Below are positions 38,501 to 46,504 of a stretch of DNA of 64,000 nt, one piece after another. The position numbers and the translations under genes are program-made. This DNA comes from a virus (taxonomy: Duplodnaviria; Caudoviricetes), in the IMG/VR virus record IMGVR_UViG_2811995254_000001, positions 11,803-75,802 of that record; one strand, written 5' to 3'. Every line of letters starts with the position of its first letter. Position 1 is the first letter of the stretch. The notes beneath the pieces are model-generated. The model was not told the origin of the DNA and ran no database searches. It saw only the letters and a list, made by a program, of their open reading frames with translations.

Positions 38501-40704
38501 GTGAATCGAATAGAAAAAAGATAGATAAAGCTGTGGAATATTTAATTAATGAGGAAGGATTATCTAAAAAAGAAGCAGAAACTAGTATATATGAATACCT
38601 TGACACTATTAAAAAAGGGTTTGATTCAAAGGGATATGCATCATCTAATAATGGAGCTGCCAAAGCACCTTTTTTAAAGAAAAGAAAAGATTTGTCAAAA
38701 GAATTTAGAGAATTACTAGGTGAAGTACAAGAGCCTTTATACAACTATATAAATACTATTTATAGTATGAGTAACTATCTCTCTAGTCTTACATATCAAG
38801 AGAAATTATTAGAAGGGTTAACCAACAGTGGTGTTGGTTCTTATGAATCAATTTCAGGATATACTAAATTATCTTCTAATTCAGAAAATTGGACTGTTTT
38901 ATCAGATTTATATGTGCCGAATGAATTTGCTCAAGCATTAAATGATATACAACCTGAAGGAAGAATTAAGGAAGATTGGGCAAGAGTATTAGTAGGATTG
39001 ACGGCTATTGCAAAGGTTGGTAAAACAGTATGGTCTCCAACAACAACAGCCAGAAACGTACTTAGTGGAGTGTTTTTAGGGGTAAATTCAGGTCATTTAA
39101 CTTATAATGCAAAATATGTATCTAAGGCATTGAATCAAGCTTTTAGTGCAAAATCAGTGTTTACAGAAGCAAATGCAAAACAATTAAGAGCAGAACTTAT
39201 TGAACAAGGAGTTATAAATGATGGTGTTAATTCTGGAGAGTTAAGAGCAACCTTAAATGATTTTAAAAGAAACATAGATAGATTAGTTAAAACTAATGCT
39301 ATAGAAAAATCAGCTGAATCTGTTCAGACGTTATATGCTTTTGGCGATGACTTTTATAAAGTTATAGGTTACCTTACAGAGAAACAAAGATTTGTAAAGT
39401 CAGGTATGAGTGAAACAGAAGCAGCTACTAAAGCAGGTTATAGGATTAGAGGTGGATACCCTACGTATTCTTATCTATCTCCTATGATGAAAAAATTACG
39501 AAGATTTCCTTTAATGGGGACATTTGTATCTTTTCCATACGAGACTGTGAGAAGTACTAAGAATAATGCCTTGTATGTTTTGGAAGATCTTAGAGACGGT
39601 AGAATATCAATGGCGATGAAAAGATTAGCTGGGATGATTGTTGCTAGTGCATTACCCGCAGTGCTTTCTGTTTATACTAGATCCTTAATTGGTTGGAGCG
39701 ATGATGACGAGCAAGCATTAAGAAAGACGCTTCCTGATTGGCAAAGGAATAGTCTATTAATATATTCTGGAATAAAGGACGGGGAACCTTCTTTTTTTGA
39801 TGCCACAGCCCTATTCCCATCAGAAGTATGGTTAAAACCTATAATGACAGCTATTGGTCAGAGAAAAGATTATAATTCTGCATTAGAACAGCTTTCTATT
39901 GGTATGGATGAATTTTTAAGTCCTTACTATGATGCTGATTTAACAGTAAAAATGATGACTGAGCTATATTCTAATAAAAATCAGTATGAACAAAAAATAT
40001 ATGAATCAGATAATTTATTTGAAGCAATATTTAAAGACCCTGTAAAAGTAACTAATCATATAATGAAAGGAGCTGGACCAGGTGTTTATAATAATATTTC
40101 TGAATTTGCTAGAGCTAATGACATTATGCCTGAGTTCTTTGGAGATAAAATAACAAGTTATGGACGTGAATATACTAATGAAGATGCCTTACTTGCTTTG
40201 GCGGGGTTTCGATTTAGTACTATCAACTTTTATTCTTCAATGCTTTATATGGGTTATGATTTAAAAGATGATTCAGCTAAAGTAAGATATGATCTAGCTA
40301 AAAAAGAAAAAAGAAAAAAAGCTTTTAATGAAGAAGAGATTACTGATATTATTTCTGATTATAATAAGGGTTATTCTAAAGTAGAAAAGGATTTAACTAA
40401 TATGATTAATACTGCCAGAAAATTAAATATGAGTGAATCTAAAATACAAGACGCTATTTCAACCTCTTTTGCGCTATCTAAATCTGATTATCAATTTTAT
40501 TTGCAAACAGGGAGACTTCCTTTGAAACCAATATCTGAAAAATCATACAATGACTATTTAAATAAAATGGGGAATATTTACAAGGATGAAAGAATCAAAT
40601 CTGATATTAAAACTTTCTTTGAGAAAAATGTAGAAAAAATTAATAGGTCGATCTATAAAGAGAATTTAAAAAAGTTAGAGAAGAAACAGCGCGGGCGCGG
40701 TTAA
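32557..40704 (+). CDS. Giant polyvalent ejection protein (PBECR/MuF-C-like nuclease, ParB-like, HExxH metallopeptidase domains)
   Basis: 2715 aa; H.F...I..L......P.AVF.S...INDIRSVY at ~36230-36620; IIPTQ...YYVIDGHHR at ~36900-37100; TLLHEVYH at ~37210-37233; duplicated N-terminal ~38-aa unit. Confidence 0.8.
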   Translation: MDNKKYSYNGKEYSYSDLQSKYGDKTDQAISKFGFKEVIPEPKYTFNGKEYSRSQLQDKYGDRTDEAISKFGFEQVGSKKKDISASSTPQQSLESNSGNGSSVSQNNKVINQSNSKITKLAQDTESAKVVSNEKIKEITQSVDDEINQVGIINNTKAYAKKGFNKLIDGILTITPLHDSERVAFKNRFGLEESPLSDELKEIKKQEQDEIILAKKENRPARTLTDEERISKARQLKIDKRIKSESDSQVRAFMKDAENNIDEYGVSDKDKLLIYNKSKEQSISYKDKDLLKRADLFSKVVLNTENEIKEVRDSFRNGKMTKDEAQSKLDFLNRRRNNSIAEGIRNLEEFNSKDDELGTVKDNIDLLKRNYNWITNITRSVDAGVDKMASGIIDSGRWLNEIVGQDQYSADNIMFMSMSNDFKKSYQAKTESLMKPISVDDIDFDSEHLLSDFGSYASTLLGQQLPIMAAVLTGAPGIASLGFSSAGEKYDEMIMEEAKGEENYSHTQKTFAPLGYGLSETGSALIDRMIMMNTSRVIRAATSLEKKEIAKGFAKNVFIKPTLHTLKSTAIEGLEEGATEIAQNLIDIYFLDKKDVDVYDNVKDAVVAGGLMGGAMSSPALVFSPYGSIRNSIERFSTEQNLRQAQNIVFKLSEALNSDNISETEFGIIKDQFDKATIKTIDIAKTEASKIAQLSNDEFNAINEIERGKKEIKSKAQEILDGELSQELKDEVLKGLKDEYSTLENQRIGILNRDSNALLNLLPQEEVIRLKDEASRELMQEKNPDGTKNITIEDKEISERALENYIKQSLPNETVQTEDIVDDGNIRPSNEQLDSVQGEFENGKKGDNQTQEIQYTETAERPQVIKASDNGREYTISNEEGRIVFKDRDGNTPSKRTSNRLALEYAKQTNLTEGKRAHEVEGVIDSSELANMTVKEANKFIAEKSESPIEIAETILGNEIEDYRNGVDYKQKVIAENLGHVSRESFIQNSDEVHAKEGGSIPIQYLRKDGTPLDTKAKELSEIAGIEITEQDIVDFILENPTGSQTFLNNGFHSDINSLKARFEELTGLPATNEVIQEIVNQNERKLQLQEQMTSIDFMSDEELLHLLNQREQYEQETANASTKGVREIADSKNNEGESRVQQDGSRENQGTESSGSREAEGERVNLPKSTFNKLVQTFQKFFGAGNVHSDSNKLAKVLGQDPNSVFFQKQWEGINDTFNSELEQLQKGTLPKGHIFQLGSPTRILQAAGIPNLPIELAASRLKDKSKQDNHPFELSDIKDLAIAVQNPLAVFDSSTQLGSFVVLTELTHNGKNFIAAIEANKKKELIEINDIRSVYPRNNMQIVSAINDNLTRYADKQKMREWFSKQRFNSAEVKGLFSRASNLVQKFENPKVNDVDFQVDYKKLASDNKYTQPKVPTQNIFFNDVEVLNRETENMVGKLVDEGKNVSVQSVDVVNIIPTQKNVNINNLKEVQDVRDRPLLFKQGDKYYVIDGHHRISNEILEGEKKVEADVYDADVQFMQTPDGTIWGATFLNEQGQREIYINESALSPETLLHEVYHPFDDMMKQASENSDVHALVAIGRLDKLAKENGYLEAVQSNPNYANKPLEQQQAEARVQMIGEIGNKQLDKSFYEKLEAAVIDAIEWLAKQFGVSLKNYSPEQIINLKLEDIVKASLASAQKGEFETKNTSPVKIKDNIMSELESGKINIDDAISRESEILSNYNDVYGKDSNQVSEQKKVVESLKQFKSESSKPRVQFSISSKVKDSFDKLNNKINKSIGRDLTLSLESSTKANNEVISKVKRLWNNTFKSSAGLSSFNKQNVDFFEIIKGLERSESSVIDGLKYETKQFKLILSKIGNKDTLKVKNAKLRLVNDYMSGMDVDLSFLDAETISQIDFFRSRIDNLSNNIIGVLLNKASKLEDSLSKQKENSLTSDRIKESIINVYKVIEKIEDNKGKYITRSYQAFLDNKYIDRLTVSRSNMSESNRKKIDKAVEYLINEEGLSKKEAETSIYEYLDTIKKGFDSKGYASSNNGAAKAPFLKKRKDLSKEFRELLGEVQEPLYNYINTIYSMSNYLSSLTYQEKLLEGLTNSGVGSYESISGYTKLSSNSENWTVLSDLYVPNEFAQALNDIQPEGRIKEDWARVLVGLTAIAKVGKTVWSPTTTARNVLSGVFLGVNSGHLTYNAKYVSKALNQAFSAKSVFTEANAKQLRAELIEQGVINDGVNSGELRATLNDFKRNIDRLVKTNAIEKSAESVQTLYAFGDDFYKVIGYLTEKQRFVKSGMSETEAATKAGYRIRGGYPTYSYLSPMMKKLRRFPLMGTFVSFPYETVRSTKNNALYVLEDLRDGRISMAMKRLAGMIVASALPAVLSVYTRSLIGWSDDDEQALRKTLPDWQRNSLLIYSGIKDGEPSFFDATALFPSEVWLKPIMTAIGQRKDYNSALEQLSIGMDEFLSPYYDADLTVKMMTELYSNKNQYEQKIYESDNLFEAIFKDPVKVTNHIMKGAGPGVYNNISEFARANDIMPEFFGDKITSYGREYTNEDALLALAGFRFSTINFYSSMLYMGYDLKDDSAKVRYDLAKKEKRKKAFNEEEITDIISDYNKGYSKVEKDLTNMINTARKLNMSESKIQDAISTSFALSKSDYQFYLQTGRLPLKPISEKSYNDYLNKMGNIYKDERIKSDIKTFFEKNVEKINRSIYKENLKKLEKKQRGRG
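35894..36049 (+). CDS. Possible overprinted 51-aa helical protein inside the giant gene
   Basis: Alternative frame MSKKQLTPAQREYVKLQIAKTMKENPEYNKMVQERIKELKAQEAEKPKENE over a low-complexity linker. Confidence 0.4.
   Translation: MSKKQLTPAQREYVKLQIAKTMKENPEYNKMVQERIKELKAQEAEKPKENE
36625..36731 (-). promoter_or_regulatory. Intragenic antisense promoter plus hairpin/U-tract (candidate small RNA)
   Basis: TTTG (36731-36728)-N19-TAAATTTG (36708-36701); stems GAGAGAAT/ATTCTCTC and CAGCGG/CCGCTG; U-tract on the minus strand. Confidence 0.5.
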
Positions 40705-41000
40705 CAACGAAGTATGGTTTGAATATGAGAAGTTGGTGAAGTAATAATTAACTTTTGAATTATAAAATACTCAATACAAGCAAATTACACAACTACAACA
40801 TGCATAAATAACAATAATTAACTATATTTTATCATAATATAACAAAAATGCATGATTACTTTTCTTTAAATAAAGAAAAAACAAATGCAGTTTTAAATAA
40901 TTAATTTTATCATAAAAATAAATATTTATATGATAAAACAATTGCTTTTAAATACCATTTTTTAATAGTTTTGGTAATTATTAATATTTAAAATGAAAAA

Positions 41001-42053
41001 ATGAAAAAAATTACACTTTTAGCTTTATCAATTTGGTTTCTAGGAGCTTCATGTGAAAAAAGTGACAATGTTGAAAAGTTAACTTTCAGTCAATCTAATG
41101 AAATAAGTAATTCTGAAAGTGACTACCAAAATATTAAAAAACAGATATATAATGATTTAGAGAGTAATTGGTCTAAAAATTTAGACGAAAATGAAAAATA
41201 TTTTATTGAAGCTCTAAATACAAATGAAGATTTTATTAGAACAAAAACTATCAATGAAGATAAATTGATAACAGTTGATATAAAATTTAAGTTTGATTAC
41301 TCAGATGAAGCGATTTCATTATTGTCAGGTTTATATAGTGCTATTTACAATGCACCTGTATACGAATTGAAAAATATTTTTAATAATCAAAAAAATATTT
41401 TAGTAAAAAATGAAAAACTAACACAAAAAGATTTTGATGTACTATACCCTATATATGCTTCTTTAGAGGCTAATATAGAATTTATTGAGAAAGAATATCA
41501 AAATCTAACTAATAAATCAGAAAGATCATCTATTATCAAAACTCCTTTATTTCAACAAAGACAAGGAGGACAATCTTGGTTAGACTGTATGGCAGGTGAA
41601 GGTAAGAACATTAGTAGAGGATTAGTTGATGGTGCCATTAGTGGTGCCATTGGAGGTGCTATTAGTGGTGCAGCTGGAGGTACTGTTGTAATACCAGGAG
41701 TAGGTACAGCAACAGGGGCTGTTGGTGGTGGTGTATTTGGAGGAGCAATAGGTGCAGGTACAGGAATGTTAAATGCATTTATATGGTCAAGCGTAGACTG
41801 TTTTACAAAGACTCAAGGAGGAAGTCAAAGCTCTGGTGGTTGTGCAATAACAGTTCCTATTGATCCTAAGGATCCAAGATTTAGAGGGATAAACCGTATG
41901 ATAGTTATAAAGAGCAAAAGCATGTCTTTTAAGCAAAATAATATGCAGAGTTCACTTGAGGATGAATATTTTGAAGCTATTAACAAAAATTTACCTCAAT
42001 TAATGGAAACCTCCCTTAATAGTGTTGTTACAATTAAATTAAATAATAAATGA
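41001..42053 (+). CDS. Lipoprotein with an embedded bacteriocin-like glycine-zipper segment
   Basis: Lipobox LGAS-C; GxxxG-rich segment bracketed by Cys; own promoter TAGTTTTG at 40966-40973. Confidence 0.7.
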   Translation: MKKITLLALSIWFLGASCEKSDNVEKLTFSQSNEISNSESDYQNIKKQIYNDLESNWSKNLDENEKYFIEALNTNEDFIRTKTINEDKLITVDIKFKFDYSDEAISLLSGLYSAIYNAPVYELKNIFNNQKNILVKNEKLTQKDFDVLYPIYASLEANIEFIEKEYQNLTNKSERSSIIKTPLFQQRQGGQSWLDCMAGEGKNISRGLVDGAISGAIGGAISGAAGGTVVIPGVGTATGAVGGGVFGGAIGAGTGMLNAFIWSSVDCFTKTQGGSQSSGGCAITVPIDPKDPRFRGINRMIVIKSKSMSFKQNNMQSSLEDEYFEAINKNLPQLMETSLNSVVTIKLNNK

Positions 42054-42241
42054 AAAAAACAACCATACTTATTATTGGCACACTTGTATTTGTTTTTATG
42101 ACTTATTTTAAGCGTAGTTTAGAATATTTAATATCTGTAAAAGATTGTTTTTATAAGGATTACATGTTTTACGTAGCTTTATTAATAGCTTTTTTATGCA
42201 GTTTTATTTTTACAAGATTTATAAAATTTGAAAATAAATAA
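42050..42241 (+). CDS. Small 2-TM protein, candidate immunity protein
   Basis: ATGA-coupled to the lipoprotein; two hydrophobic helices. Confidence 0.55.
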   Translation: MKKTTILIIGTLVFVFMTYFKRSLEYLISVKDCFYKDYMFYVALLIAFLCSFIFTRFIKFENK

Positions 42242-42266
42242 GTATTAATATATTATACTTAAATAG

Positions 42267-42290
42267 AAAAGCCCCTTAATTGGGGCTTTT
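42267..42290. terminator. Bidirectional terminator
   Basis: AAAAGCCCC-TTAATT-GGGGCTTTT. Confidence 0.85.
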
Positions 42291-42299
42291 CTTGTTTTA

Positions 42300-42512
42300 T
42301 TACTTTTTAGGTAAATAATGCTTTATCATTGGAAGTACTGCTTTATGTAACATTCTCTCAATAACGTAAAGCCCATATATATTAATATAAGGGTTTGTTA
42401 AATTTTCAATTAAAATAGTTAGAGAATATAACCAAGCAGCTAATAACGATAAAACGATTGTTGCTTTCAAAATAGAATCCAGAATTTTAGATTCCGTTTT
42501 ATTAGATTCCAT
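42300..42512 (-). CDS. Small membrane protein (moron)
   Basis: TM helix; minus-strand TATATTTG at 42573-42580. Confidence 0.55.
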   Translation of the reverse strand: MESNKTESKILDSILKATIVLSLLAAWLYSLTILIENLTNPYINIYGLYVIERMLHKAVLPMIKHYLPKK

Positions 42513-42638
42513 TAAATTTTTAGGGCTTAGTACCTTTTAGTAGGCGAAATATAATAGCCAATTTGACTAAAGCAAATATAACTAATTACAGTATAATTTC
42601 AGAATAAATACTATTTTTAGTAATTAATAAAAATCAAC

Positions 42639-43160
42639 ATGTTGACCATGAAAACTGAAACAATTTTATCGCTATTTGCCTTAGGTGTTTCTATAACCAC
42701 GCTTATTGTAACTTATATTCAAAATAGGAGATCTAGAATATCTCAGATACAAACGGCAAAGTTGGAAGAGCTTTTAGAATGTATTTACGAGCTTTCTAAA
42801 TTCTACAAGACTTTTAAACAACTCGAATCCGAAGTTGAAAGAGTAAAAACTGGTGGCTATGATAGACAAGAATATTTTAAAACTTACTACCATGAATTTC
42901 TTCAAAAAAGAATGGATAAAATAGATCGTCTATTATCTAGAATTGAAGTACTTTATAAAGCATACACAGATAAATACACTAGAAATGAAGTTGAAAAATA
43001 TTTTAAAATGATGGAGTGTTTTTATATGTATGTTTTAAATACAGGAGATTTGTACAAAACTAAATATTATCCTAATGGGTTTCCTACTTATGAAGAATTC
43101 AATACTATAATTACAAGTATTGAAAGGGATATATTAATGGATATCAATAAGTATAAATAA
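42639..43160 (+). CDS. Membrane-anchored helical moron protein
   Basis: N-terminal TM helix; own terminator. Confidence 0.7.
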   Translation: MLTMKTETILSLFALGVSITTLIVTYIQNRRSRISQIQTAKLEELLECIYELSKFYKTFKQLESEVERVKTGGYDRQEYFKTYYHEFLQKRMDKIDRLLSRIEVLYKAYTDKYTRNEVEKYFKMMECFYMYVLNTGDLYKTKYYPNGFPTYEEFNTIITSIERDILMDINKYK

Positions 43161-43161
43161 C

Positions 43162-43190
43162 AAAAGCCCCAATAAAGGGGCTTGTTGTTT
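43162..43190. terminator. Terminator
   Basis: AAAAGCCCC-AATAAA-GGGGCTT. Confidence 0.8.
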
Positions 43191-44244
43191 ATTTAGTCTC
43201 TTTGTTATAGTATAGAAGATAATAATACATCTGTCTTTCTTCATCCCATCCACGCTCAATAAATTTATCCGCGCTTTCAGGATTCACAAAATCAAGTTTG
43301 ATTGTGATGTTTGTATCCAGGTTGATCACATTTTTAAATTTCTTGCGCGCTTCGGTTACAGCCTTGTTTGAAATTGGAAAGGAGCTAACATCTTCGATAC
43401 TGTACTTCTCCCCTTTGTCTACTTTGTAGTTTTTGAACTCGGAAATTAGGTCGGGGTTATCGAGTACTTCGTTTAAGAAATTCGTTTCTTCGAAATCATC
43501 GTTCTTTGCGAAGTAATCTACTGAGCGATTCAAAAACATTACTTCTTCTTTTTTATCTTCAGCCGGAAGGACCACTTCTTTCGCGAAGTCTTGGCAGAAT
43601 TTCAAATACTTTTTGGTGTGGAAGTTTTCATCTTCAAAAATATCTAGTCCAAGGAAGTGTTCTAACCAATAACGCGCATCGTAACGATTGCTGTCGATTG
43701 TCAAGATTTTGTAACCTTCTTCTTTTTTGTAATTGAAGATTAGAACTCCTTTATCCAGCTTGCCTAGGTTTACCCCCTGCTCTAGTCGCATCTTTAGGTT
43801 TGATTCTTCCTTGTCGAATTGGATAAAATCAGTTTTGATTTCACTTTTAAAGATACCGATTGCATCAACTATATTGTTGTCGATTGATACATTGGTTAGG
43901 TAAGTAACATAAAGCTCTCCACTTTTGATATGAGGGTGTCCAGATTGATCATAAAGATGGCGAGCGATTTCTTTTGATTTATCATGAGCCGAATTAGGAT
44001 TTTGGAAAATGCTCGTTGCGATATTATACATGGTGTGAAATTCTAAATCAACATCATGTTCAAATCGGAAATAGTCTTCGTCTTTCTCTCGGAACGGTTT
44101 AAAGAAATACTCTTTAAGTAAAGGCGCGATTTCGTCTGTTAATGTATAAGGGTTCTCAGTTAAGAAAACGTCCTCGTTTCTTGCTTTGTTGTTTACTTGG
44201 TGTACAGATAATGTTTCAATCTGCGTGTTGAATAAATTAATCAT
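43189..44244 (-). CDS. Nucleoid-associated protein (YejK/NdpA-like, Bacteroidota type)
   Basis: LSVHQV.NK, HPHIKSGELYV, IGIFKSE, KLDKG.LIFN, YW...FL. Confidence 0.85.
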   Translation of the reverse strand: MINLFNTQIETLSVHQVNNKARNEDVFLTENPYTLTDEIAPLLKEYFFKPFREKDEDYFRFEHDVDLEFHTMYNIATSIFQNPNSAHDKSKEIARHLYDQSGHPHIKSGELYVTYLTNVSIDNNIVDAIGIFKSEIKTDFIQFDKEESNLKMRLEQGVNLGKLDKGVLIFNYKKEEGYKILTIDSNRYDARYWLEHFLGLDIFEDENFHTKKYLKFCQDFAKEVVLPAEDKKEEVMFLNRSVDYFAKNDDFEETNFLNEVLDNPDLISEFKNYKVDKGEKYSIEDVSSFPISNKAVTEARKKFKNVINLDTNITIKLDFVNPESADKFIERGWDEERQMYYYLLYYNKETK

Positions 44245-44272
44245 TGTGGTAAATTTTTAATAGGGTTTGTAA

Positions 44273-44416
44273 TTATTTCTTTTTGATTATTATTTCTACT
44301 GTTCTTTTTTTGAATCCATAGAAATAAGTTACATGTTCGTATGTTGGCTCCCCTGCTAACTTGATAATACCCCAAGTCAACATTCTGATTATTCTTAATG
44401 TGATGCATACTCTCAT
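44273..44416 (-). CDS. 47-aa hypothetical protein (not in ORF track)
   Basis: Fills the gap in the early operon. Confidence 0.4.
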   Translation of the reverse strand: MRVCITLRIIRMLTWGIIKLAGEPTYEHVTYFYGFKKRTVEIIIKKK

Positions 44417-44430
44417 AACTACTCTTGTTT

Positions 44431-44685
44431 TTAATTTAGAATCCTTTTTTTAAACGTAACTTCCACATCAATACATTCGTTGTCTAATTGAAATAAAGAA
44501 GTGATTACGATATTTTTTAAATCTAATTCATTCCAACCTTTAGGTAGATTAACTGTAGCTTGTATTCTTTCACCTTTCTTATCAGTTAATATCATATCTA
44601 AAGTGTATGTTTCACCCATCTTAAAATCATTGGGAACGGAATAACAAATATTTGTATTTCCTATTTTTTCATTTATTTTTTGCAT
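44431..44685 (-). CDS. Hypothetical protein
   Basis: Tightly packed in the early operon. Confidence 0.6.
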   Translation of the reverse strand: MQKINEKIGNTNICYSVPNDFKMGETYTLDMILTDKKGERIQATVNLPKGWNELDLKNIVITSLFQLDNECIDVEVTFKKRILN

Positions 44686-44687
44686 AT

Positions 44688-45086
44688 CTACTCTTGATTT
44701 TCGTGGATGTTTCCAACTATTTCTATTTCATCAAACCTTTTACTAAAACTATTGAACTCAGGATCTACATCAATAATCTTGTCTATATTAAATTCTCGTA
44801 TCAAAACAGTTATAAATCCTGATGATTTTTCATCAAAAACAACTTGCCAATAATCAACAAATTCAGGATGTTTTTTACTAAAATGTCTAATTCCTATATC
44901 TCCTTCAAAAATCTTTGTTCCGTTTTTGTCATCTTTGCTTATGTATTGTTCATAAGTGATTTTATTTTCTCCTTCGATACAATGTTCACAAAAATGAAAG
45001 AATTCAGATAGGCTTTTATAATTTTCAGAATAGTAATAACATGCATTAAAATGATCATAAGCTCTAAATAACATTTCTCTACTCAT
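44688..45086 (-). CDS. YopX family protein
   Basis: RE..FRA.D...EQY...DDKNG.KIFEGDI...EIVGNIHEN. Confidence 0.9.
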   Translation of the reverse strand: MSREMLFRAYDHFNACYYYSENYKSLSEFFHFCEHCIEGENKITYEQYISKDDKNGTKIFEGDIGIRHFSKKHPEFVDYWQVVFDEKSSGFITVLIREFNIDKIIDVDPEFNSFSKRFDEIEIVGNIHENQE

Positions 45087-45388
45087 CTTGTTTCTTTTTT
45101 AAGTTCGTGTTTAGAACAATTTTTTCTAATAAAATCAAAGTCTTTGTGTGCAGGTACTCCAAGTCCTGAATGTTCGCAATTATTAGTTTTCCAAGTCTCT
45201 AAAAATTGTGGTTCGTCTTCCATTCCATTACTATCGTTAACTATACATTGATTAACACAAGTAAGGCAAGTTTTAAATTTTGGATTCTTCCAACATTTAC
45301 AATTTTCATCATGTGTCATAGCTTGGTGTTTTTTCCAAAATCCACGTCCACAATCAGAATAATATCGTATTACTTTTTTAGAGTACAT
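45083..45388 (-). CDS. Cys-rich (zinc-binding) phage protein
   Basis: DCGRGF...H...C.CWKNP...CLTC. Confidence 0.65.
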   Translation of the reverse strand: MYSKKVIRYYSDCGRGFWKKHQAMTHDENCKCWKNPKFKTCLTCVNQCIVNDSNGMEDEPQFLETWKTNNCEHSGLGVPAHKDFDFIRKNCSKHELKKETR

Positions 45389-45390
45389 TG

Positions 45391-45942
45391 CTATTCCTTT
45401 TTATAAAACGCGACTAATACAATGCGCTTTCCGTTATGAATTTTTGCAGGGAACTTGCTGTGAAACAAGTTTGATTTGTAAGTAACTAAGCGATTCGGCT
45501 CGCTGAAAAGTATTTGCTGAATACTCCATTTCTCCCAATCGTTCGCGTCTTCTGTAATCAGCCTATCAAACTCTTCGTTTGTAACATCTTCAGGAAGCTC
45601 TTCTCCGTGAATGTGATGCTTCCAAAATGCGGTGCCGTTCTCCGTAGTTCCGTCTTTTGGGTTGATGTATAATACCTTGGCAAGTGCTGTTTTTTCGCCT
45701 TGGATGATGTTGTCTGCATGAATTCTGAGGTCAGTATCAAATTTGGACGTTGCTTGCCTAATGAATGTTGTAATTAATTCGTATCCTTCCGTTTGTAAAT
45801 AAGGGAGGATTTTAATTGGAGTTTCCAAAATATCGAACTCCTTCTCGCCTAGTTTGATTCGTTGAAAATCTGTGTTTAGGCAATAGTTTTGCAGCTCCTC
45901 AAATAACGCTTGAGGAAGAAAATTGTCTTCGGTATGTTTCAT
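45391..45942 (-). CDS. 2-oxoglutarate/Fe(II)-dependent dioxygenase
   Basis: DNFL start, IHAD (HxD), VLYI, GTAFW, NRLV.Y...FHS, R.VLV.F. Confidence 0.85.
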   Translation of the reverse strand: MKHTEDNFLPQALFEELQNYCLNTDFQRIKLGEKEFDILETPIKILPYLQTEGYELITTFIRQATSKFDTDLRIHADNIIQGEKTALAKVLYINPKDGTTENGTAFWKHHIHGEELPEDVTNEEFDRLITEDANDWEKWSIQQILFSEPNRLVTYKSNLFHSKFPAKIHNGKRIVLVAFYKKE

Positions 45943-46028
45943 AGTATGTGGTTTAAGAAAAGATGTAATTCAGTACGATGATTGCAGTAACTAAAGCAAT
46001 CAATAGAGCCGTTTCTAAGGATGGATAT

Positions 46029-46448
46029 TTAGTTTTTGGTTTCATCATCAATGCTTTTAAAAAAAATTCTCTTTTGTTCTATAGTATTTTTAAAATGAAA
46101 CAATTGGTTCTGATTCATGATTTTAAGTAAGACAGATTTTCCACCGCTCAATTTGCCTGATTTTATTGTTGGTTTATGACTTAGGTATTTTTTATAATTT
46201 TCTGATTTATGTTTTAAATTAAAAATCAATTCATTTTCTCCATCATACCTATTATCAACACTTCTAATAGGTTTGAATACGTCTTTTAATACTAATACCT
46301 TGATTAGAGTATTTCTCTTTATGATTTCTTCCTGAGATTTAGTGCTAAAAATTTCTTTAGCATAGGCAGGAGAAATTCCTTGTATATAAGCTAGTTCTAA
46401 ATAGTTTAGCTCAATTTCTAATATTTGCTCTATATTCATTTTAAACAA
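46029..46448 (-). CDS. Hypothetical protein
   Basis: ORF in the early operon. Confidence 0.55.
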   Translation of the reverse strand: MFKMNIEQILEIELNYLELAYIQGISPAYAKEIFSTKSQEEIIKRNTLIKVLVLKDVFKPIRSVDNRYDGENELIFNLKHKSENYKKYLSHKPTIKSGKLSGGKSVLLKIMNQNQLFHFKNTIEQKRIFFKSIDDETKN

Positions 46449-46504
46449 TAGTTTAGTAGTCCATGGTGTTGGACTATAGATTTTACAATAAGTTTTCTTG
46501 GTTT

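Noticed and set aside
41625-41765. GGT/GGA-periodic DNA as a non-coding repeat array
   Set aside because: Explained by glycine codons of the in-frame glycine zipper
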